A stretch of 64,000 nt of DNA from an uncultured Bacillota bacterium (lineage in GTDB: Bacteria > Bacillota > Clostridia > Christensenellales > Aristaeellaceae): contig CAWVKS010000008.1 of assembly GCA_963930055.1 (NCBI GenBank), forward strand, positions 500,694 through 564,693, given 5' to 3'. Made by a program: the position numbers and the translations under genes. The notes beneath the pieces are model-generated. The model ran no database searches, was not told the DNA's origin, and saw nothing but the letters and a program-made list of their open reading frames with translations. Numbering within the stretch: position 1 is the stretch's first letter; the number at the start of each line of letters is the position of its first letter. Positions 47,532-58,000 of the stretch are shown piece by piece.

Positions 47532-49127
47532 TTACTCGGTGATTTCCCCTCCGTTCCTGAAGGTGAAAATCACGCTTCCATCGGCGTTCACCGTGGCTTT
47601 TTCCACCAGCGCGTTCCAGAGCCGCGGTGAAAAGTCGCTTATCGGTGCAGCAGCGTGCTTTAGGCTTCTCAGAAAGTTAATCAAGACGCTGCGCTGCATT
47701 TTGCGCCTGTCGCACTCTGCCTCTATGCCCTTCAGCCGGTTTTCCATTTCCGTAAAGCGCTCAGTCATTGTAAGGTACTCGCATTCATAGTCGCTCTGGT
47801 CGATACCGCCTCGTGCATTGCGGTCGATGAGCGCTCGGACGCTCTGCGAGACGCCTGCCATTTCGTTGCGTAGGTCGGCAGCTTCGTCCTCGAGGCGAGA
47901 CGTATCCGTCAGGCGCGCCATCAGTTCTTTCGTGTCTTTGAGGATGAAATCCCTGTTTTTAAGCAGCGCATTGAACGCCGCGAGGAATTTCCGCTGGATG
48001 GCTTCTTCGGTCAGGTGCGGCGTGTCGCATTTCTCTTTTCCCTTGAATTTCCCGTTGCACTGCCAGATGACGCGGCGGTATTTGTCCGTGGAATGCCATA
48101 CCTTACTTCCGTAAAGCCCACCGCAGCAGCCGCAGACGAGTTTTCCCGCAAAGCAGCTTGTGCCGTGATGCGAGCGTCCGGCCTGCTTCCTTCGCGCCAG
48201 CTCATCCTGTGCCATATCGAATACTTCCGGCTCGATGATGGCCGGGTGGCTGTTTTCGACGTAATACTGCGGCACCTCCCCTTCGTTGACCTTCATCTTT
48301 TTCGTGAGAAAGTCCGTGCAGAAAGTCTTTTGCAACAGCGCGTCGCCCTTGTACTTCTCATTGGTGAGGATGCTTAAAATGGTCGCCGTCTGCCACGTTT
48401 GCTTCCCGGCGGGCGTGGGGATATGCTCTGCTTCCAGTATCTGTTTGATGCCATAGGGCGTCTGTCCTTCAAGAAATAGCCGATAAATACGCTGCACCAC
48501 TTCCGCTTCTTCCGGCACGATCTCCGGCTCGCCATTCCCGCCCTTGCGGTAGCCGAGGAAGTTTTTGTAGGGCATGGAGACTTTCCCATCGGCGAAACGT
48601 TTTCTCTGTCCCCACGTCACATTCTCAGAGATGCTGCGGCTCTCTTCCTGCGCAAGAGAGGACATGATCGTAATGAGCAGCTCGCCCTTGGAGTCCAGCG
48701 TGTAGATGTTTTCCTTCTGGAAGTAGACCTCGACGCCCTTTTCCTTGAGCTTGCGCACGGTAGTCAGGCTGTCCACGGTGTTGCGGGCGAAGCGGGAGAC
48801 GGACTTCGTTACGATGAGGTCTATCTTTCCTGCCAGTGCGTCAGTGATCATCTGGTTGAAGCCTTCACGCCGTTTGGTATTGGTGCCGGAGATGCCCTCG
48901 TCGGCGTACATCCCGGCAAACGTCCAGTCGGGCCTTTCCTTGATGTAATGGGTGTAGTAGTCCACCTGCGCCTCGTAGCTGGTGAGTTGTTCGTCGCTGT
49001 CGGTAGAGACGCGGGCGTATGCTGCCACCCGGCGTTTCTGCACGGAGGCAATGGGCGCGGTGGTGAAGCGGTTCCGCGTCGCGGGCAGCACCGTCACCCT
49101 CGGGGCGATTGCTCGGGCTTCGCTCAT
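47532..49127 (-). CDS. Large serine recombinase (resolvase domain + recombinase domain + zinc ribbon)
   Basis: …VAAYARVSTDSDEQLTSYEAQ… catalytic Ser region. AGGAGG RBS before ATG 49127 (internal to ORF 47532-49211). Start overlaps the upstream recombinase stop (ATGA). Confidence 0.85.
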   Translation of the reverse strand: MSEARAIAPRVTVLPATRNRFTTAPIASVQKRRVAAYARVSTDSDEQLTSYEAQVDYYTHYIKERPDWTFAGMYADEGISGTNTKRREGFNQMITDALAGKIDLIVTKSVSRFARNTVDSLTTVRKLKEKGVEVYFQKENIYTLDSKGELLITIMSSLAQEESRSISENVTWGQRKRFADGKVSMPYKNFLGYRKGGNGEPEIVPEEAEVVQRIYRLFLEGQTPYGIKQILEAEHIPTPAGKQTWQTATILSILTNEKYKGDALLQKTFCTDFLTKKMKVNEGEVPQYYVENSHPAIIEPEVFDMAQDELARRKQAGRSHHGTSCFAGKLVCGCCGGLYGSKVWHSTDKYRRVIWQCNGKFKGKEKCDTPHLTEEAIQRKFLAAFNALLKNRDFILKDTKELMARLTDTSRLEDEAADLRNEMAGVSQSVRALIDRNARGGIDQSDYECEYLTMTERFTEMENRLKGIEAECDRRKMQRSVLINFLRSLKHAAAPISDFSPRLWNALVEKATVNADGSVIFTFRNGGEITE

Positions 49128-50422
49128 TTTCGGTTCCTCCTCTTTGCATGCTCTGCGGCCTGTTCCTTCATTTCGTCTGTCCAGCTGTCGCGGCGCGAAG
49201 GGCCTTTCCACGTTTTTTCTACCTTGCGCCCATCCCGGAAGATAAACGCCAGCCGGTTTCCTTCACAAATGCGGATGTGGTTGATCTCCCGTTCAAACAG
49301 CCCGGCATCAAACGTATCCGTCCCCAGTACCTCAGCGCTGACGGCCTCAAGGATGGATTCCCTGATCTGTTTGGCGGGGCAAAGGGCCTTTCCGCGTGTC
49401 ATATAGGTCGAACACTGCCATGCGATCTTTCCGCTGTTGACGCGCCGTTTGTAATGCTTCCCACAATGGCCGCAGATGAGCCTTTGTGAAAACGGATAGT
49501 GCGCCCGAACGCCATGCCCTTCGGGAAACGCCACCGCACGCTCGCGGATGCTCTGCTGCACTTCTTCAAAGACCTCGCGGGAAACGATGGCTTCATGGTC
49601 GTCACGAACGAGGTATTGCGGCAGTTCGCCGAGGTTGGGGCGGTCGATCTTGCTGAGATGGTCAACGCGATACTGCTTTTGCAGGAGCAGGTCGCCCTGG
49701 TATTTTTCATTGCGCAGGATCGTTTCGACGACGCTCTCATGCCAGATGCCGCCACGCTTGGCGGGGACGCCGCGGCGGTTCAATTCCCGTGCGATGCCGT
49801 TTTTGCCCATCCCCGCGCGACGCAGTTCAAAGATCAGCGCAACAGCCTTTGCTTCATCTGGGATGACTGTGACCTTGCCATGGTCGATCCTGAGGCCGTT
49901 TAGTCTGGTGGTCGTAGGGATACCCTGCTGAAACTTCTGGCGTATGCGCCACTTGCAGTTTTCGGACACCGAGCGGCTCTCTTCCTGCGCATACGACGCG
50001 AGGATGGTCAGCATCAGCTCGCCGTCCCCGCTCATGGAGTGGATGTTCTGTTCCTCGAAGTAGACGTCCACGCCCAGTGTTTTCAGCTCGCGCACCGTCT
50101 CCAGCAGCGTGACCGTGTTGCGCGCAAAGCGGCTGATGCTCTTCGTGAGCACCATGTCGATCTTACCTGCCCGGCAGTCCGCCAGCAGGCGCCGGAACCC
50201 TTCCCGGTTATCCTTCGTGCCGGTCAGCGCTTCGTCTACATACACCCCGGCATATTCCCACTCGGGATTTTTCTGGATGTGATCGCTGTAATAACTGACC
50301 TGCGCGGACAGGGAGTGAAGCATCGCGTCCTTGCCGCTGGACACGCGGGCATAGGCTGCCACGCGCCTACGCTGGGGCAATGATGGGATTCCCGCTTCCA
50401 TTTTTCGTATGACCTTTTCCAC
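49124..50422 (-). CDS. Large serine recombinase (second, tandem)
   Basis: …VAAYARVSSGKDAMLHSLSAQ… catalytic Ser region plus recombinase and Zn-ribbon domains. GGAGG RBS and GTG start. Confidence 0.85.
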   Translation of the reverse strand: MEKVIRKMEAGIPSLPQRRRVAAYARVSSGKDAMLHSLSAQVSYYSDHIQKNPEWEYAGVYVDEALTGTKDNREGFRRLLADCRAGKIDMVLTKSISRFARNTVTLLETVRELKTLGVDVYFEEQNIHSMSGDGELMLTILASYAQEESRSVSENCKWRIRQKFQQGIPTTTRLNGLRIDHGKVTVIPDEAKAVALIFELRRAGMGKNGIARELNRRGVPAKRGGIWHESVVETILRNEKYQGDLLLQKQYRVDHLSKIDRPNLGELPQYLVRDDHEAIVSREVFEEVQQSIRERAVAFPEGHGVRAHYPFSQRLICGHCGKHYKRRVNSGKIAWQCSTYMTRGKALCPAKQIRESILEAVSAEVLGTDTFDAGLFEREINHIRICEGNRLAFIFRDGRKVEKTWKGPSRRDSWTDEMKEQAAEHAKRRNRK

Positions 50423-50538
50423 GACAGCACCTCCTTCACCGCCATATTCGCTCTGCTACCTACTTATAGCAAGATAAATCTCCGATTCCAGAGGTAGAAA
50501 AAAGCGGCCCCTCTGTGGCAGAAGGGGCCGTGTTGCGA

Positions 50539-50727
50539 TCAATCAGCGGAGAAGATGGGTTGATACTTCGCGCGCAGACAGCGCTCCGCTTCGTCAAAGT
50601 CCGCCTGCGAAAGCGTACCATTTTTCAACATCTGGCGGCAAATTGCCACCATAGTCTGGTACCGCAGCTCACGCTCAAAGCGTTCAGGCTTCATCAGACC
50701 ACCCTCGAGTATTTCCCGGACACCCAA
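50539..50727 (-). CDS. Hypothetical small phage protein
   Basis: 62-aa ORF between the recombinase and the endolysin. Weak support. Confidence 0.25.
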   Translation of the reverse strand: MGVREILEGGLMKPERFERELRYQTMVAICRQMLKNGTLSQADFDEAERCLRAKYQPIFSAD

Positions 50728-51779
50728 CCGACCTGACCGTTGATGACGATGGCATTCCAGCCGTTGTGGGCGGTGGCGATGTGGTCAAAGGTCATGCCCG
50801 CCTTGACCGTGGTGATGGCGCGATAATTCGTGCCGTTGCCCACGCGGACGTAGACGCTGCCGCCGGTGATGGCCACCGTTACGCCCAGCGGCTTCGGCTC
50901 CTCCGGCTCGGCGGGCGTGTCGGTTTCGTCGTCACCATCTTCGTTCCCGGCTTCCTCGTCGGAGAGGGCGTCCATGAGGGCGGCGTGGGATTTCTCTCCG
51001 TATTCGCCATCTACGTCCAGTCCTTCATCACGCTGGAAGTCCATCAGGGCTTCCTTCGTTTCTTCCCCGAATTCGCCGTCCGCGCCGTAGTCGGGCAACT
51101 CATAGCCCAGTTTCATCAGCGCTTCCTGCAGCGCTTTGACATCGCTGCCCTCCGCACCCTTTTTGAGCAGGCGGGAGCCGAGCGCGATCTCCTTCTCCGG
51201 CACCGAAGACGCGCCGTCGTTGTAGTCGATGAACGGCAGCTTGTACCAGTGCGTCCAGCCGCGACCCTTAATCTTCGTCTTTACGCAGCCGTATGCAAAG
51301 CCGCGCCACTCGACGGCATAACCGCCACCCACGGTATAGCCGACATGCCCGTCGAAGCGCACGGCAAGGCCGACGATGTCCGGCAGCGTGTCAATGGTGC
51401 CCCAGTCCATGCCTTTCGACTTCGCCCACGAGAACATGCTGTTCGAGGATTTGTCCGGGCAGCCATTGGAGCCGGATTTCTTCTCGAAGGTCTTGTCCGT
51501 GCCAATGGCCTCCAGCACGCCCTGTCCGCCATTTGTCCATGCGTACCCTTTCGCGCCGCCCATGCAATCGGCGCAAACCTTCTTGTTGGCGATGTCCTGA
51601 CGGTAGCGGGACGTGCGGCTGGAGCCGTAGTGCGACGGGTACTGGCGCGCCTTGCTCGCGCGCAGGCCCTCGGAGCATTTATGCAGCGCGGTGCCGTACC
51701 AGTAGGGCTGACCGAGCATGGACAGGCAGAAGGCTGCGAAGTGTTCATTGGTAAGCGGGGTGTCGATGCGTTCGGACAT
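50694..51779 (-). CDS. Phage endolysin (N-terminal peptidase/amidase-like domain + PG_binding_1 + SH3-like)
   Basis: AGGAGG RBS before MSERID. PG-binding repeat (…ALQEALMKLGYELPDYGADGEFGEETKEALMDFQ…). C-terminal SH3-like block (VAITGGSVYVRVGNGTNYRAITTVKAGMTF…). Confidence 0.7.
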   Translation of the reverse strand: MSERIDTPLTNEHFAAFCLSMLGQPYWYGTALHKCSEGLRASKARQYPSHYGSSRTSRYRQDIANKKVCADCMGGAKGYAWTNGGQGVLEAIGTDKTFEKKSGSNGCPDKSSNSMFSWAKSKGMDWGTIDTLPDIVGLAVRFDGHVGYTVGGGYAVEWRGFAYGCVKTKIKGRGWTHWYKLPFIDYNDGASSVPEKEIALGSRLLKKGAEGSDVKALQEALMKLGYELPDYGADGEFGEETKEALMDFQRDEGLDVDGEYGEKSHAALMDALSDEEAGNEDGDDETDTPAEPEEPKPLGVTVAITGGSVYVRVGNGTNYRAITTVKAGMTFDHIATAHNGWNAIVINGQVGWVSGKYSRVV

Positions 51780-51801
51780 AATGCTCTCCTCCTTTTTCGG
51801 C

Positions 51802-52263
51802 TCACTGGCCGTCGTTGGTGTTGTCGGTGGTATCATCGGGCGTAGCGGGCGATTCCCGATCATGCAATTGTTCCAGAATGGCCTTGAGTTTCTCCGGCAC
51901 GGGCAGGCCGAGATGCGCGGCGTTCTCCAGCATGGACACGCCCTCGTTGGAGAGGTAGAAGCATACCACGGCCCCGCGCAGCGCGCTGCCGGAGCCTACG
52001 ACGTGCAGGTCTACGATGTGTGCCACGCCGACCAGCAAGAAAATCAACACCTTGCGGCAGATGCCCCTGAAACCCACGGCGCTGGACAGCTTCCGGTCGT
52101 TGATCGCGCACATGATGCCGGTCACGTAGTCGAGGATGACGAAAACGACCAGCGCGATCATCAGGCCGTCCAGCCCACCTAAAAAGTAGCCGAGCCAGCC
52201 GCCGATGACCGTGATCGCCCCCTGAATCTTCGCCCATACAAGGTCGATGGAAAAGTCCCTCAT
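51802..52263 (-). CDS. Phage holin (holin_4_1/TcdE-like family)
   Basis: Three predicted TM helices (GWLGYFLGGLDGLMIALVVFVILDYVTGI; VLIFLLVGVAHIVDL) and a charged C-terminus. Lies immediately upstream of the endolysin. Confidence 0.6.
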   Translation of the reverse strand: MRDFSIDLVWAKIQGAITVIGGWLGYFLGGLDGLMIALVVFVILDYVTGIMCAINDRKLSSAVGFRGICRKVLIFLLVGVAHIVDLHVVGSGSALRGAVVCFYLSNEGVSMLENAAHLGLPVPEKLKAILEQLHDRESPATPDDTTDNTNDGQ

Positions 52264-52335
52264 AGAAAAACCTCCTCAGATTGGTATCAAAAAGCCACCT
52301 CCCCGTGGGAAGATGGCAGTTTGTCGTTGTGGCGG

Positions 52336-52995
52336 TCAGACGCGAATCCACGTCCCACCATTGCGGTAATACGGCACGACCTGCACCCATGCACCGCCGT
52401 TGCGGTACCAGACCGTGCATTGTTTCCATGTGCTCCCGTCGCGGTACCATACCGTGGCGTGAATGTACGTCACCGTGATCGTGCAGCTCGTCACCCTCGC
52501 ATAGTTGCTTGAATAGCCGCTGGAGGAGGACGTCTCGCCGTTGTAGAGCACCAGCACGGAATTGCCCTCGGCGAAGTACGTTTTCATAGCCTCAAACAGG
52601 GTGGCGTTGCTGGTGGCACTCAAGGTGTGCGTGACTGTATTGTTGTAGAATTTACCGGTGAGCGTGCCGAGCGCCGCGCCGACCTGCGCCGAGCCGGTGA
52701 TGCCCGTTTGCAGCGTCTGGTAATTCGCGCGCCGGAAGGACAGCTTCTTGGAGGAGCTGCCCGAACCGGCGGCAGAGCAGGTGATGCGCAGCGTGATCCG
52801 GGTGATGATCTTGCCCTTGAGGGCCGCGCCCGCGCCGGAAAACACCATGACCCCCACGCGGGAGCGGCTGGCGGAGGTGCCCTGATACGCGCCCTGACAC
52901 GCGCCGTTGGTCGTGCCCCGGTTCCATGTGGTGGAGCCGTACTGCGCGTAGCCTATGGTCGAATTGCTGTTGGCCGTGGCTGTGAACGTCGCCAT
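52336..52995 (-). CDS. Phage structural protein sharing an N-terminal domain with the tail-fiber protein
   Basis: MATFTATANS… N-terminal block is homologous to MATFSVTANE… of 53008-55035. C-terminus has W-Y-R-N-G repeats. Confidence 0.45.
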   Translation of the reverse strand: MATFTATANSNSTIGYAQYGSTTWNRGTTNGACQGAYQGTSASRSRVGVMVFSGAGAALKGKIITRITLRITCSAAGSGSSSKKLSFRRANYQTLQTGITGSAQVGAALGTLTGKFYNNTVTHTLSATSNATLFEAMKTYFAEGNSVLVLYNGETSSSSGYSSNYARVTSCTITVTYIHATVWYRDGSTWKQCTVWYRNGGAWVQVVPYYRNGGTWIRV

Positions 52996-53007
52996 GCGCG
53001 CGCCTCC

Positions 53008-55035
53008 TTACACCGGCACGAGACAGATCTGCCCGTCCGTGCCTGTGCTGGGCAGCGTGGCTGCGTAGAAAATGCCAAGGCTATTTAATGCAGCTTTAGC
53101 ATTATTTGCGCCCGTGCCACCGTTGGCAACAGGCACCGGCGTTGCCATGCCCGAATGAAAAATGCGGAAGGCGTAATAGGTACCGTTCACCACATCGCGC
53201 AGCAGCACGGCGTTGTCGCGGCTGGATTCATACGAGCGGTTACGCACTTCCAGCATCCGGCGATTGTTGCCGCTGGCATCGTCCCAAGCGGAAAATGACG
53301 ACGCGCCTGCATACGATCCTTCGAACACAGTACGGTTCGTCGTGCCATTGTAGGTGGGCTGCAGGTACAGCGACGGATAGAGACTCGATTGAATGTAGAG
53401 ATTGCCCGTCATGGTGTCGCCGGATTTTTTCACCGCACCGATGTTCCCGCAGGCTGAGGCGGCGTTGCTCGCGCCGGTGCCGCCCTGCGATACCTCCAAG
53501 GGTTTGTTCAGCTTTACGGGCCAGCCGAAGGTCACTGTTTGATCCGCTCCCGCCGCCGTACCGAAGCCCACGGCGCGCCCGCCTTTCTTGATGTGCATGA
53601 CGTAAGCGGCGGACGGGATCGTGAGGCTGTACACGGACACGGTGCCCACGGTATCGGTCAGTGTGATCGTCACGTTGTAGCTGGCGTCCGCGGCAAGATT
53701 TCCACCGCCGAGGACAGCGGCCGCGCCACTGGTGAGCGTAGCAGAGGTTGAATAACTGCCCCCGATCTGCGTCATGGTCAGCTGGCAGGAGACGTTGTTG
53801 CTGCCGTTGAGGGTGGAACGACCAAAGGTGGCTTTGATGCGAGCGTATGTGCCGCCTACGTCGTCGCGCGCGCCGCTGCTTGTACAACGGTAACTCTCAA
53901 CGCTGCTGAAATATGGCGCGGAATAGGCATGGACGCTGAACGTCGTGGTTTTGGTCGCGCTTCGACCACGGGAATCGGTCACTTTCGCCGTAACGGTGAT
54001 GACACCGCTGGAATACAAGAGGCCGGTGGTATAGCTGGCCGAGGACGCACTGCCTACGTTGGGCGAAGTCGTGATGGAGTAGCTGCGAATCGTCGAGCCA
54101 TACGCGCCCGCCGCACCGTTGATGGTCAGCTTGGCCTTGCTCTTTCCGTAGACATAGATGCCCCAGCCCGCGACCACGCTGTTATCATTGACCGGCGATG
54201 CGGTCACGCTGGAAATGGAAGGCACCACGGACGAAGGCGCGGTGACCGTGAATCCGTAGCTATATGAGCCAAGGGACGCGCCGCTTGTGTCTATCGTCTC
54301 CAGCATCACCGCCGCTGCGCCTGACGTTGCATTGGGGATGGCAGCAAGCCACGAGAGCGGGATGGTGTATGAGGCGTAAGCGCTACCGGCGGCAATGCTC
54401 TGCGTCGCTGTGTACGAGCCGAATTTCCACGTCACCTTGTGCGTGTAACTGGAATTGTAAGCTGTAATGTTGAGTCTCGCCGCGCTACCCGCCGCCACGC
54501 TGGTCGCCGCCATCGTGCCGGTACTTTGCAGGTACTCGAACGTCAGCGTCATGGTCAGGGCGGTGACGGAAAGATAATCATAGCAGTAGCCGCCAGAGTA
54601 TGTGCCTCGCGTTCGCGGCACATAAATGAGCAGGACGCGATTCCCGGAAGCGAAGTAGTCCCGGAAAGTGTTGAACAACCCTGCATTGCTGGTAGCGCTG
54701 AACGTCAGCGTGACGGTACGGTTATACGCCTGCGCGACGGTCAGGGAACCTATGGAATCGCCGCGCATGGAGGCGATGCTGCCGGAGATGCTGTTCTTCG
54801 TGGCCTTGTAGAACGTGAGATACTTTGTCGAATCGCCACCCGCAGGCCCGAAGGTCACGCGCATCTGTATCTGCGATATGGCGATGTTGGAAAAGTCCAG
54901 TCCCGACAAGCCCGCGAGGTTGATCGCGCCCTCGTAGCGCGTGCCGGAATAGACGCCTTGCCGTGCCTTGCCGCTCGACCACGATGACCCTGATGCGTAT
55001 TTCAGCTCATTGGCTGTTACGGAAAAAGTTGCCAT
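53008..55035 (-). CDS. Putative tail fiber / receptor-binding protein (675 aa)
   Basis: Ser/Thr/Gly-rich beta-rich composition. Sits between Tal and the lysis module. Confidence 0.5.
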   Translation of the reverse strand: MATFSVTANELKYASGSSWSSGKARQGVYSGTRYEGAINLAGLSGLDFSNIAISQIQMRVTFGPAGGDSTKYLTFYKATKNSISGSIASMRGDSIGSLTVAQAYNRTVTLTFSATSNAGLFNTFRDYFASGNRVLLIYVPRTRGTYSGGYCYDYLSVTALTMTLTFEYLQSTGTMAATSVAAGSAARLNITAYNSSYTHKVTWKFGSYTATQSIAAGSAYASYTIPLSWLAAIPNATSGAAAVMLETIDTSGASLGSYSYGFTVTAPSSVVPSISSVTASPVNDNSVVAGWGIYVYGKSKAKLTINGAAGAYGSTIRSYSITTSPNVGSASSASYTTGLLYSSGVITVTAKVTDSRGRSATKTTTFSVHAYSAPYFSSVESYRCTSSGARDDVGGTYARIKATFGRSTLNGSNNVSCQLTMTQIGGSYSTSATLTSGAAAVLGGGNLAADASYNVTITLTDTVGTVSVYSLTIPSAAYVMHIKKGGRAVGFGTAAGADQTVTFGWPVKLNKPLEVSQGGTGASNAASACGNIGAVKKSGDTMTGNLYIQSSLYPSLYLQPTYNGTTNRTVFEGSYAGASSFSAWDDASGNNRRMLEVRNRSYESSRDNAVLLRDVVNGTYYAFRIFHSGMATPVPVANGGTGANNAKAALNSLGIFYAATLPSTGTDGQICLVPV

Positions 55036-55047
55036 AGCGCCACCTCC

Positions 55048-58000
55048 TTACGCGCGCCATTTGAAGCCAACACCTGTCGGCGTCGTGACCATGTCCAGAA
55101 ACCCATTGACGCTGGTGCCGATGGAAATCTGCTCTACAGCCTCCATGCGCATCACGTAAAGCTTGTTGTCTGAGAAATAGGCCAGTTCGGTGCCCGCCTG
55201 CACGAATGAAAGCCTCGTATTGGTCAGGCGCATCTTTACGCTGGAGGCGGAGCTACCCATGTCTAGATAGGGCGCGCCGTCATCTTCACCAAACTGGAAA
55301 TACGAAAACATCTGAGCGATACCATTTTCAGCTGAGGCGAGGCGGTTGAAGGTCAGAGTGAGGTCGGAGTTTGTTTGAGAGAGCTCACTGCGTATCAGCT
55401 CGATATCCTCAAGGGCGGCGAGGAACGCCTCTGTGCTGGCAAACTGCTCGGAAAGCCCCAGCGCGTCGATCACGCTCTGCACACGCTCGTCGAGGCCGCC
55501 GTCCAGTCCTTCGACGGCCTCAGTCAGCTGGCCCAGCGTTTCAGAGGTTTCCTCCGGGGCGGCGCTCCATGACGTCGCCATATTGCCTTCCTCTAACATG
55601 ACCTTGCGGAAGATAACAGTGACGCCGGTGGTCTCGCCGCTCACACCTGCGTAGAGGAACAGCGCCCAGTTGCCCTCGGTCTCCGGGAGCGTGAACGTCA
55701 CCGATTGCTTGCCATAGGTGAAGTCGAGTAGGCCGGAAGTGTGCACAGCGCCATCCGTGCGGTTGAGGACTTTCCAAGTCACACCTGCGGCCTGCCCCGC
55801 AGAAAGAATTGTTTCCCGGACAGAGAACGTGTAGGTCATCCCCGGCTCCAGCTCGTCCGCGGCGATCCAGTAAGTATCTGCGCCATCTGCCACCAGCGTG
55901 TACGTCTCACTGTCGCGGATGAGATTCACTCCGCCAATTTCAATATCTGCGAGCGCCTCATCTACATTCTGCGTGATGGTATTACGGATGGACGTGTTGC
56001 TGGACAGGTCAAGCATTTCGCCAAAATTCGAGGCCACATGATTCGTCGTGATGACCCCAGCTTTGATCTTCGAGGCGTCCACAGCCTCCGCCGCCAGTTT
56101 CTCCGTTGTCACCGCGCCTGCCGCGATATTGTTCGCCAGAATGGTCGCGGCGGCGATTTCGTTCGCGGTGATGGCCCCGGCCACGATTCTGTCCGCCGTA
56201 ATACTGCGCTGCGTCAGCGAGCCGCCGTCAATGGTGGACTGCGAGAGTTGCGGCGTACCGTTGGCCTCGTTGATCGTGTAGACGATGGATTGCTCGCCGC
56301 CCACGATGATAAGCCGCTCAACGGACAAGGTGCCGGTGGTGATGCGGTTGGCGGAGAGCGCCACTATTTTGGCATCTGTAATCGAGCCATCCGCAATCTG
56401 CGCTGTCCCCACCGCGCCCTGCTGGATCAACGCCGTAGTGATTGCGCCCAGCGCGATTTGCGCCGTGCCGATGGTGGCGTTGGCGATCTGCGCGTTTGTG
56501 ATGGTGGCATTGGCAATTTTTGCGGCAGTCACGGCGAGGTCTTGTATCTTGGCAGTGCTGACAGAGGCATCCTTGATTTTGGCTGTGCCTACGGCAAGGT
56601 CGGCGATCTGCGCTTCATCCACAGCCAGCAGAGCGATTTTCGCCCTGGTAATGGCAGCATCCTGAATGTGTGCAGATTGAATTGCCGCCTCCGCGATCTT
56701 GGCTGAGGTGATGGTCGCGTTGGCGATTTTGGCGGCGGTCACGGCAAGGTCGGCAATTTGCGCCGTGCCGATGGCTGCTTCCGCGATCTGCGCGGATGTA
56801 ATGGTCGCCAACGCGATCTTGGCAGCGGTGATGGAGGCGTCCTTGATCTGCGCCTCGGTGATCGTCGCGTCGGCGATGCACGCCGCCGTAATGGTCGCCC
56901 GCGCGATCTGCGCCGCTGTGATGGTGGCGTCGGCAATTTGCGCGGCGGTGATCTGCGCGTCGCCGATGTGGGCCGTCTGGATGGCGGCCTCCGCAATGAG
57001 CGCCGAGGTGATGGCCGCCGTCTCGATGTGTGCGGTCTGAATTGCCGCCATCTGAATTTGCAGGGAGCCAACCGAGCCGCTCTGCAGCGCTCCGATGCCC
57101 ACAGAGTTGATGGCCAGCTTCGAGCCGGTGATGATGCCGCTGGGGAGCTGCCGCGCGGAGATGGTGTTTCCTTCCAGCGTATCGGCCACCGTACCCAGCG
57201 TCATGGCGGTGTACTTGCGCTGCAGGCAGTCGTAGGTATACTGCGTCATGCGCATGGACACCTCTACGCCGATGCGCGGAGCGATGACGCGCACGTTGTC
57301 GCCGAGGAAAATGTTCTGCAAGGGTTTGTAGTCTCGGTATTCCTCGGTTTCCGCGCAGTTGATAAAATCCACCTTGAGCGTCACGGTCGGCAGGTCGCAG
57401 CCTTTATCATATTCCGCCTGCACAGCGTTGCGCATCTCGGTATAGCACTGGTCTTTGCTTTTCTTCTCGTCTCCCTCGGTGACTTCCTTCGCCTCGCTGA
57501 CGGCCAGATGAATCCATTTCGGATGTGGGTAGCTGTCAATATTGGGGCTGTCGATATAGCCCTCGGGCAGATAGAGAAGATTGCCGTCCCTGTCCTCGCC
57601 GGTGGGCATGATGCGCGTGACCACATCGGTGAGGTCTACGTCGTAGGAAATGCCCAGCAGATTCTTGCCCTGCCGGATCTGCACGTTGGTATCGCTGCCC
57701 ACGCGCTTGACGAGGAACACATCAAACCAGTCCCGTGCCAGCTCGCCGCCGTACTTCTCCACGAGGCCACCGTCGCCGAGGATGGCGTCCACAGGGTTGA
57801 CGTTCTCAAAGACCACTTCTTCAGCGGTGCTGTCGAGGTCGGAATAGAAGGCAAAATCGTGTTCGGACAGGCATTGCGAAGATATATTTTGAACCACCGC
57901 CGCTCCAGTCGTGGAGGACGATGGCTCATACTTGCGGATCATGTTGTCCATGAGATCATAGAACACATGACGGGCATACACGGTGATCTTGTCAAGCTCC

